Shown: positions 57,122-64,000 of the stretch, piece after piece
How positions within the stretch are numbered: position 1 is the first letter of the stretch
How the letters are laid out: each line of letters starts with the position of its first letter
Virus record (IMG/VR): IMGVR_UViG_3300044673_000097
Coordinates: 1 to 64,000 of that record
DNA from: a virus
Direction: 5' to 3' (one strand)
Length of the DNA stretch: 64,000 nt
Program-made: the position numbers and the translations under genes
The notes under the pieces: model-generated
Database searches by the model: none
What the model was told of the DNA's origin: nothing
What the model saw: the letters and a program-made list of their open reading frames with translations, nothing else

Positions 57122-57416
57122 TGGACGCCTCGGCTTTCAGTTCCGCCGCGCAGTTGTGGCACGTCCACACCGCGTCGTCGTCCATTGCCCAGCCCGCGGG
57201 GTTGTCGGCGGGCGACTCGGCTCCGCAGCCCTCGCAGCGAATCACGTCGCCGTCGAACTCGTCGTCGGATTGCTCCATCGCCTCGGCCTTTGCAGCCATG
57301 AAGCCGCGGGCGTAGCTGTTCATGTCGAGCGTCCGCAACTCCGCGCGGGTCAGATACCCGTCGAGTAGCAGCGCGAGGAAGAAACACGACACCATCACCG
57401 ATTCCACGAGGCTCAT
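57114..57416 (-). CDS. hypothetical protein with N-terminal TM and Zn ribbon
   Basis: CEGC...CHNC. Confidence 0.55.
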   Translation of the reverse strand: MSLVESVMVSCFFLALLLDGYLTRAELRTLDMNSYARGFMAAKAEAMEQSDDEFDGDVIRCEGCGAESPADNPAGWAMDDDAVWTCHNCAAELKAEASNG

Positions 57417-57769
57417 TCCGTCACCTCCAACACCTTCACGCCCGCCGCCTTGCAGCACTCGACGCAGCTCGCGGTTCCAGCACCACCCGGGAACGCGACC
57501 GCGCCGTCAGGCTTGCCCATGCTCACCATGCACTGGTTGCGCTTCGGACCCGCCGCATTGCCCAGCACGACCCACACCCAATCGGGAACGGGATACGGCT
57601 CACGAAGCACATGGTGCCGTTCGGCCCATTCGTCCGCAAGCGAATCGGCTCCCGAGCACCCGCCGTGGATCAGCACGTCGATGCCCTTGGCCTTGTGCAC
57701 GTGGTCGAGCGTCGCGAACACCTTTGCGCGATCGCGGTACTCACGCCCGCCGGTTACGAGCAATCGCAT
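57413..57769 (-). CDS. SLOG/YspA-like (DUF2493) protein
   Basis: LLVTGGR, IHGG..GAD, AGPKRN, AFPGG.GT. Confidence 0.88.
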   Translation of the reverse strand: MRLLVTGGREYRDRAKVFATLDHVHKAKGIDVLIHGGCSGADSLADEWAERHHVLREPYPVPDWVWVVLGNAAGPKRNQCMVSMGKPDGAVAFPGGAGTASCVECCKAAGVKVLEVTE

Positions 57770-57939
57770 TTCGCCTCCTCGAACCCCGCGCAATCGATCT
57801 CCGACTCGCCCCACCACCTCGGGTTGACCAGCCCCAGCGGTTTCAGGTTCGGCAGGTTCCGCTCGTCGCAATGGCCCCAGCCCGGGATCTCGGGGTCGGG
57901 TTGGAAGTTTCGGCACTTGGAGCAGCGGACGATGTTCAT
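57754..57939 (-). CDS. small Cys-containing protein
   Basis: CSKCRNF...GHC. Confidence 0.5.
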   Translation of the reverse strand: MNIVRCSKCRNFQPDPEIPGWGHCDERNLPNLKPLGLVNPRWWGESEIDCAGFEEAKCDCS

Positions 57940-58379
57940 GGCCGATACCAATCCTGCGGTGAGGTGTTGAACCGAAGGGCCACGTCGCAATGTTCCGCGA
58001 AGGTCATGTCCAAATCGGCAACGCGGAACGGGGTAGCGTCGTCCTTGCCGTGGTAGTGCCCGACGTGGCACACCACCACGTGCTCGCCCGAGCAATGCCA
58101 AACGGCACCTGCCACGCATTCCTTGATCTGCTTGCGGTGATACCACGTGGCGACGATCTCCTTGCCGTTGATGTCCAGCAATCCGATCCACGTTTCGCCG
58201 TGAGCTTCTAGAAACGCCTCGCGTGCCGCGTCAGACATCTCGCGGTCCACGGCATCGATCGCACCACGAAGGCAGAATCGGCAAAGTCGGTATGCGCAGA
58301 ACGAGACGACCGGCGTCAGGCGACCGCCGCAATGGTCGCACATCTCGTGGCGCTTTGCCTCGAATGTGGGAGCGTTCAC
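57936..58379 (-). CDS. hypothetical protein
   Basis: GTG start in the overlap chain; CDHC...CRFC. Confidence 0.5.
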   Translation of the reverse strand: MNAPTFEAKRHEMCDHCGGRLTPVVSFCAYRLCRFCLRGAIDAVDREMSDAAREAFLEAHGETWIGLLDINGKEIVATWYHRKQIKECVAGAVWHCSGEHVVVCHVGHYHGKDDATPFRVADLDMTFAEHCDVALRFNTSPQDWYRP

Positions 58380-58645
58380 GGCACCCTCCGCACGATCGTT
58401 CGCGTGCCCTCGTTGCTCAGGCATTGTGCAAGCAGCTTGCCGTCGCGGGACTCGCACGACGACACCCAATCGTCGCCACACGCCGAGGCACAGGCGGCGC
58501 GAACCACGCCCGCTCGCTTCTCGGCCACCGCGCAATCGTGGATTGCCCATGCTCCAAAACCAAAGCAGACGGCCATCAGCACAGTGAAGCCGGCCGCCGC
58601 CCCGATCGCGTTCCAATCCACCTTCCCATTGAAGTCGCGAATCAC
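58376..58645 (-). CDS. small membrane protein
   Basis: One TM segment plus Cys-rich tail. Confidence 0.5.
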   Translation of the reverse strand: MIRDFNGKVDWNAIGAAAGFTVLMAVCFGFGAWAIHDCAVAEKRAGVVRAACASACGDDWVSSCESRDGKLLAQCLSNEGTRTIVRRVP

Positions 58646-58740
58646 TCTGACCTCCCGCGTTCGCTCTCCCACAGCACGGCGTCGATGAACCTCCACCATG
58701 CAATCCACGCCACGATAACCACGCCGATCCAGAATGTCAT
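58642..58740 (-). CDS. 32-aa membrane peptide
   Basis: MTFWIGVVIVAWIAWW; overlaps on both sides. Confidence 0.4.
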   Translation of the reverse strand: MTFWIGVVIVAWIAWWRFIDAVLWESERGRSE

Positions 58741-59192
58741 CGGGAGGCATCCGAATTGTTGGGGGTTGAGGTCGATTCTTCCTCTCGCCAGAACGCGCCG
58801 ATCTCGCGCTCCAACTCCGGCACGCGCTCCCATTCGTAGTTGCTGTTCTGGCGCCAGAATTGAAGCACGCGCCGCTCCACGCTGTTCATCGTCGGGCCGC
58901 TCGGACAGCAATCGATGTTCGGCGGGTCGCCCCAGTGGATCTCGTCGCGCGCAATGCTGTCGGCGAGCTTGCTGCGCTTGCCTACCAAATAGTCGTGGTT
59001 GCTGCGGCTCATCGCCACATCGAACTCCCGCTCGCAGTTCTGGCACTCGATCCGAATCAGCGCGCACTCCATGGCGTAGATGTCCGCCGTCTCGCGCGGG
59101 CTGAACTCGCTCCATCGCGGCACGGCGTTTTCGTCCCACCACTTCGGCGGGTCTGCGATGCGTCCTCGGATGTCGGCGTAATGGTGGTTCAT
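58737..59192 (-). CDS. phage hypothetical protein
   Basis: WWDENAVPRW, CQNC, HWGDPP. Confidence 0.65.
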   Translation of the reverse strand: MNHHYADIRGRIADPPKWWDENAVPRWSEFSPRETADIYAMECALIRIECQNCEREFDVAMSRSNHDYLVGKRSKLADSIARDEIHWGDPPNIDCCPSGPTMNSVERRVLQFWRQNSNYEWERVPELEREIGAFWREEESTSTPNNSDASR

Positions 59193-59683
59193 GATGCGGC
59201 CTTTCTCGCCAGAAGTTTTCGCCCCACGAAGATGCCTAGCCCGCACGCGTCGCGCACGTGCGGATTGCTCCGCTTCGGCATGTCTGCCACGTGCTGAATC
59301 TCGACGAGCGCGTGTTCGATCTGCTTGTCCTTGGCGGTCGGCGTTCCCGTGATCGTCTTGCGCCAGTCATACGACGACGCAGGCACGACCTCGCACGAGC
59401 ACTTCGCCGACAGCCAGCCGCGAATGATGCCCGCCGATTGCGACGACTGCACCATCTGCTGAGCCTGCGCTGGCCCCACGTACTTGCGCGCGAAGTCCTC
59501 GATCGCGATGGCGCGGGCGATGTGCTCGACGCCAATGGCGGCGAGTTCGCCGGCGCAGTCAATCTCGCCACCGTCGGCAAGCTCGATCGTTCCGGCAGCG
59601 ACCCATCGCGCGTCATGTTCTGCGACATCGACCACGCACCAGCCAATGTGCTTGCCCGGGTCGATTGCGAGGATGCGGATCAT
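59189..59683 (-). CDS. ruvC: Holliday junction resolvase, RuvC-like
   Basis: ILAIDPG..GW, IAIE, G..AKDKQI, HVRDA. Confidence 0.85.
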   Translation of the reverse strand: MIRILAIDPGKHIGWCVVDVAEHDARWVAAGTIELADGGEIDCAGELAAIGVEHIARAIAIEDFARKYVGPAQAQQMVQSSQSAGIIRGWLSAKCSCEVVPASSYDWRKTITGTPTAKDKQIEHALVEIQHVADMPKRSNPHVRDACGLGIFVGRKLLARKAAS

Positions 59684-61092
59684 GATTCCGCCCCGTCGTC
59701 TTCCCGCTCCTTCGGCGGCTCGTCATCCTTGGGCGGGTCGATCCTGTATTGGCTCCCGATGAACTCCAACTTCACCACCGTCGCCTCCTCGCCTCGAATC
59801 TTCGGCATGATGACCTCGAGCACGTTGTCGCGCTGATAGCCGGGGTCGTTGTAGTGGTAATGGTCCTCGCGATATAGCAGCAGCGTCGCATCGGCGAATT
59901 CCTCGAAGGCTCCCGTCTCTTTCAGGTCGGAGATCTGCGGACGCTTGTCCTTGACCGTGCGAGCCTCAAGCGCGCGGTTCATCTGCGCCAGTGCAATCAC
60001 GCACAGGTTGTGCGTCTTCGCGATGTTCTTGAAGTGCTCGATGATTCCGTTGAGCTGATCCCGTCGAGGCTGCCTCTCGTTCGTTCCATGCACGAGCAGC
60101 GTGTGATCGATGACGACCGCGAACAGGTTGTCGTGCTCCTTGATGTGCGCGACGATGCGCCGCTCGATCTCCGCCGACGTGAGCCCAGTCGCCTCGTCGA
60201 AGTGCAGCGGGATCTTCGCCATGTCGCCCGCGGCCTTCGTGAGCGCGGACCAGTGCGACGTGAATACCTTCTTCGCTTTGAGCCGCCACACGCCCACCTG
60301 AGCCCGGCAGAACAGCGCTCGCACAATCTGCTCGTCGTTGGTCATCTCGAGCGTGAAGTACAGGACGCCTTGCCCCGCCTCGGCGAATCGGAGCGCGAGG
60401 TTCAGAGCAGCGACCGACTTGCCCATTCCAGACCTGGCGCCGATGACGTACATGCACTTGCGCTTGAATCCATTGAGCGCGTAGTCGAGGCGCCGATACC
60501 CGGATGCCATGCCTTCGAGCTCGTCGCCGCGCTCGATGCGACACCTGATAGCCTCGAATGCTGTTCGGATGCCTTCCTTGATTCCGGTCTTCGTCGAGAT
60601 TCCCTTGGACGGCTGCTTGAGCAACGTCTCCAGCGTGGTGTCGGCCCGCTCGGCGTTCGGGACCGTCTCGATCAGCTTGTCGTAGTAGTCGGCCGGCGGG
60701 TCGTTGGCTGCGCCGTTCGATCGATATCCGCCTTCGCGCTTCCCCGGAGCGGGAGTGCTGAATTCTGACGCGGCCCACCTTGCAGCTTCAACCTTGTCGC
60801 ACTGCCGAAGCTCCATGATCGAATCGACGTTCGTGCGGAATCCGTTGCGACCCATCGACGCACATGACGCATGCAGGCACTTCCACCCGCCGCTGACGAA
60901 GTCCACGCCGGCATCGGCGCCGCAGTGGGGGCAATGACGAATCTTGCGGCCATCACGCTCGATGCCCAGCCGGTCGCCGACGAGCTGCGGATCGATGTCG
61001 TTGATGTCCTTCCACATGCCCGGCTCCGACCCGATCGTCGGCGACCTGTGCTGCTGCGGTTCTGCCTGGAGAATGCCGTCGGCAATGCCCAT
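59680..61092 (-). CDS. dnaB: DnaB-like replicative helicase with N-terminal Zn finger
   Basis: GARSGMGKS, FTLEM, LAQMNR, RPQISDLKETG. Confidence 0.92.
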   Translation of the reverse strand: MGIADGILQAEPQQHRSPTIGSEPGMWKDINDIDPQLVGDRLGIERDGRKIRHCPHCGADAGVDFVSGGWKCLHASCASMGRNGFRTNVDSIMELRQCDKVEAARWAASEFSTPAPGKREGGYRSNGAANDPPADYYDKLIETVPNAERADTTLETLLKQPSKGISTKTGIKEGIRTAFEAIRCRIERGDELEGMASGYRRLDYALNGFKRKCMYVIGARSGMGKSVAALNLALRFAEAGQGVLYFTLEMTNDEQIVRALFCRAQVGVWRLKAKKVFTSHWSALTKAAGDMAKIPLHFDEATGLTSAEIERRIVAHIKEHDNLFAVVIDHTLLVHGTNERQPRRDQLNGIIEHFKNIAKTHNLCVIALAQMNRALEARTVKDKRPQISDLKETGAFEEFADATLLLYREDHYHYNDPGYQRDNVLEVIMPKIRGEEATVVKLEFIGSQYRIDPPKDDEPPKEREDDGAES

Positions 61093-61814
61093 CACAGAGC
61101 CTCGATTGGAATGCGCCGCACGATCGGCCGGCAAGAAAAGAACGTCCCGCGGTGCGGGCGCTCCCGGCAGTCGACGCCCTTGCGCTTGCGGGTCCCGAAC
61201 GCCGGGCACAAGCGCGCGGGATTGCACACGGTAGCGTCGACCTTCACACGGGGCGTGTTGAACTTTACAGCCATTGCCTTCAGGAACCGCTCGATTCGCT
61301 TGCGCGTGTCATCGCTCGGCATGACGGGCTTGAGCGCGACGAACAGCGAATAGCCGTTGCCCGAATCGCCACGCCCAAGGCACTCGTCGCCACCCAGCGC
61401 CGTCGCCAGAAACTCCTCGCACGCTTTGCTCACGTCATAGGCCGCCGCCTTCTCCCCATCCGTCGAGCTGATATCGCGCGGGCGCACGCAATCGAAGTCG
61501 AGGTAGACCGCCACAACCTGCGTCACGTCATTGTCGCTCGCCCTCGACGCAAACGGCGTCCACTTGCCCTCTCCGATGCGAGCATACAGGCCGTCGTGGA
61601 TTCGGTTGAATACGGTGTAGACGCCCGACACGTCCGAGCGGGAATCCGCATCGCGCATCAGCCGAATGTGGTCGGCCTCGGTGCGAGCATACGCAACCGA
61701 AACCTTCTTGCGGGAATCGAACAGGGTGAGCTCGACGGTATCGGCGGGGCCAACGACCATAAAGCGCCGGAACAGCGCGGCGTTGATCTCGGTGCTCCCG
61801 TTGTCGTCAATCAT
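61092..61814 (-). CDS. AEP/prim-pol-like primase domain protein
   Basis: YLDFD..RP, DSGNG, KVD..V.NPARL...GT. Confidence 0.7.
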   Translation of the reverse strand: MIDDNGSTEINAALFRRFMVVGPADTVELTLFDSRKKVSVAYARTEADHIRLMRDADSRSDVSGVYTVFNRIHDGLYARIGEGKWTPFASRASDNDVTQVVAVYLDFDCVRPRDISSTDGEKAAAYDVSKACEEFLATALGGDECLGRGDSGNGYSLFVALKPVMPSDDTRKRIERFLKAMAVKFNTPRVKVDATVCNPARLCPAFGTRKRKGVDCRERPHRGTFFSCRPIVRRIPIEAL

Positions 61815-62823
61815 CGAAACCTCCAGCCCAGAACGGGTCGGTCGTGCTGGCCTTTCGGCCGGTTGCCGCCACGAGCAGTTCGTCGATCCGCTCGGCGGTG
61901 ATCTCGACGAGTTCCTCGCCGGGCGGGTCGGGCTCGGGTTCGGGTTCGGGAATCCAATGCCCCGGCTCGTCGTCGGGCAATGCCGGCGGTGAATCGACAA
62001 GCGCGATCGCCTTGTCGATGTGCTCGGCGTCCCTGAACACAAGGTCGACACCGACGTAGCGCTTGCCGTTCGTGCGAGGGTCTCTCCCCATGCGCCAGTC
62101 GTCGAGCAGGGTCCCGTCAACGGCCAGCCGCAACTCCTCGACGGAGTAGGTCTTGAGAGCGCGAGCGATGACGGCCCGGCGCTTGTCGTCGAGCTTGGCC
62201 TTGGGCGCTAGGTGCGCGCGCCAGTAGTCGAACACGAGCTCGACGGGCGACGGCTGGGCGGGCTTGCTCGCCACGGGCAGCGGCAAGGGCAGGTCGGCAG
62301 GCGTGACCTGCCTTCGACCCGATGACGGGGCCGCAGTCGAGTTGTCGCAACTCGACAGATCAATGGTCGGGGTCGGAGGTCCAGATCGGAGGTCGGAGGT
62401 CAGGCGCGAGGGTCTCGGCCAATCCCCGAGAGTCTCGCGAGGGTCTCGCGAGGGTCTCGCGAGGGTTTGCGTTTCTGGTTCTTTTTCGGCTAGTTCCGGG
62501 CCAGGGACTCGGGGCTTGGACGGGTGATCGATCCTCTGGTGCTTGTCCCAACCTCGGACGTGCCCGTATGGTTGGGAGGACACCCGATAAAGGGTCACCA
62601 GACCCACGTCCGAGAGTCTCGCGAGGATCTCGCGAGGGTCTCGCGAGGGTGTCGCACACCAGAATACCTGCCCAAGAAGCCACGTCGGGTTCGCCCGAAA
62701 GTTGCCGTGGTCGTCGGCGAGCAGGAGCAGCCCGACGAACAGCCGGAACTCGTCATCCTTGAGCGATGCCGTCTTTTCGTCTTCGAGCAGCTCGGGCTTG
62801 ATGGTCCGAATGCGTCCGCTCAT
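61807..62823 (-). CDS. phage replication initiator
   Basis: RIRTIKPEL..DEK, RLFVGL...ADDHG, W.KHQRID.PS. Confidence 0.85.
   Translation of the reverse strand: MSGRIRTIKPELLEDEKTASLKDDEFRLFVGLLLLADDHGNFRANPTWLLGQVFWCATPSRDPREILARLSDVGLVTLYRVSSQPYGHVRGWDKHQRIDHPSKPRVPGPELAEKEPETQTLARPSRDPRETLGDWPRPSRLTSDLRSGPPTPTIDLSSCDNSTAAPSSGRRQVTPADLPLPLPVASKPAQPSPVELVFDYWRAHLAPKAKLDDKRRAVIARALKTYSVEELRLAVDGTLLDDWRMGRDPRTNGKRYVGVDLVFRDAEHIDKAIALVDSPPALPDDEPGHWIPEPEPEPDPPGEELVEITAERIDELLVAATGRKASTTDPFWAGGFDD
62405..62649. repeat. iteron-like repeats (probable origin)
   Basis: Tandem 11-mer TCTCGCGAGGG in two nearly identical 40-bp blocks (62426-62465 and 62610-62649). Confidence 0.75.
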
Positions 62824-63308
62824 TTCTCCGGCCTGATCCCGTCAATGGTTCGGATGCTCGCCCGAAGGATCGCTGCCGCGAGTCGAAGCGGCACGGGTCG
62901 CTCCTTCAGCCCCAAGTTGCATTCGTCGCAAAGGGCGGCCAGGTTCTCGTCGTCGTTCAATTCGGCGTCGGTCAACCCGCAATCCATGCCCACGGCGACG
63001 CTGAGCAGATGCCCGACGTGCAGTGGCTTGTCGTAGGAGTGGCAGATGGCGCACGCCTTACCGTCGCGCATGAAGACGCGGGCGCGCTGCTTCGGGCTGA
63101 TGCCATTGTGCACGGTGGTCACGGTGCGAACGGCGCGGCCCGTTTCGACACGCGGGGCGTTGTACTGGAACTTGCCGCATTCGCAGAATACGCAATCCTG
63201 GACGCCGCGGGTATCGACGCGCCCCGATGTGCTTCCGCAGAAGCGACACGGAGCGCGCATGCGGTATGCGGCGTCAACGTTGGCAAAGGGCAATGCCTCG
63301 TTGATCAC
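62820..63308 (-). CDS. HNH endonuclease
   Basis: VFMRDG.ACAIC...LHVGH...NLAALCDECN. Confidence 0.85.
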   Translation of the reverse strand: MINEALPFANVDAAYRMRAPCRFCGSTSGRVDTRGVQDCVFCECGKFQYNAPRVETGRAVRTVTTVHNGISPKQRARVFMRDGKACAICHSYDKPLHVGHLLSVAVGMDCGLTDAELNDDENLAALCDECNLGLKERPVPLRLAAAILRASIRTIDGIRPEK

Positions 63309-63353
63309 TCCCCACCTCCAATCTTGGCCGCGTTGAGCTCGTGAACGCTCACC

Positions 63354-63381
63354 TTGACACGCGGGCCAGTCACACTATCAT
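63354..63381 (+). promoter_or_regulatory. sigma70-like promoter, antisense to the local operon
   Basis: TTGACA-16 nt-TATCAT. Confidence 0.5.
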
Positions 63382-63491
63382 GGCACATGTCGAATCGCTC
63401 CTTTCGGTTCGGCCGGGCCCCGGGCGCTCCAACGCCGCGGGGCCGTTTGCAATGTGCGCACGAATCCGCCCGCCGCAAATGGAATCGGCAT

Positions 63492-63827
63492 TCATCGCTT
63501 CACCATCTCAAGCAGGCTGATACGGTTCTTTCGGGTCATGCACCGCAGCTCGTGGACCCGTCGTGGAGGCATCGCCACGCGCGCTGGCTGACGCATGACG
63601 GGCTCGGGCAACTCTCCCCGGGCCAATTCCCGTGAGCGACCCACGGCCTCGTAGCGGGCCTGCCAGGCGCGAAGATCCCACATGCGCTTGGTCTCAGGCG
63701 GCGGAGCTGGGACGTTGATGACCCAGTAATCGCTGACCGCCGTGCAGTCGTCGAGAAAGGTGACGGCGGGGCCATTGGACCACGGCGGCACATACCGATT
63801 GGGCTCGAATCCGGAGACAGCGATCAT
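63492..63827 (-). CDS. hypothetical protein
   Basis: AGGAG RBS; 111 aa. Confidence 0.5.
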   Translation of the reverse strand: MIAVSGFEPNRYVPPWSNGPAVTFLDDCTAVSDYWVINVPAPPPETKRMWDLRAWQARYEAVGRSRELARGELPEPVMRQPARVAMPPRRVHELRCMTRKNRISLLEMVKR

Positions 63828-64000
63828 CGTCCCATCTCCTTCCGCCTCTCATCGCGCCACATGAGCCAGCGGGCGAGGCGTTGGATCGCCTTGATGCGAT
63901 AGGCACGTCGCACTGGGTCGGGGATTGGCTCGTGATACCCATCGCCGAGCGGGTCATACACCGTGGCGTGTTCTCGGCAGTAGATGAGCCCGCCGTCGCC

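Noticed and set aside
62426-62649. CRISPR array
   Set aside because: Tandem 11-mers without spacers inside a coding gene; fits iterons.

Overview
The whole window is a GC-rich temperate myovirus genome with Mu-like portal, sheath and baseplate genes and an HK97-type protease; the host is unknown, and a myxobacterial or similar host is only a guess. The left end (+ strand) holds a DUF5131 gene, excisionase, tyrosine integrase and an attP-like site matching the 3' end of a tRNA-Glu, followed by small early genes. From 7.8 to 49.5 kb (- strand) is the late operon: terminase, portal, a MuF/protease/scaffold fusion, capsid, neck, sheath, tube, tape measure, baseplate, fibres, two paralogous LamG-SGNH-LamG proteins, holin, papain-like protease and amidase. 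From 50 to 64 kb (- strand) are replication genes (initiator with iterons, primase-like protein, DnaB, RuvC) and many small genes. The standout is at 51.1-54.0 kb: an AsCas12f1-like type V effector whose RuvC-I Asp and RuvC-II Glu are replaced (His, Pro). It is coupled to an unknown downstream gene and flanked on both sides by tracrRNA-like plus mini-CRISPR modules. The two modules have different repeats but share a scaffold with compensatory base changes. No cas1/cas2 or transposase is recognisable. This looks like a phage-encoded, nuclease-dead, RNA-guided regulator. All family calls come from motif recognition by eye, not from database searches.
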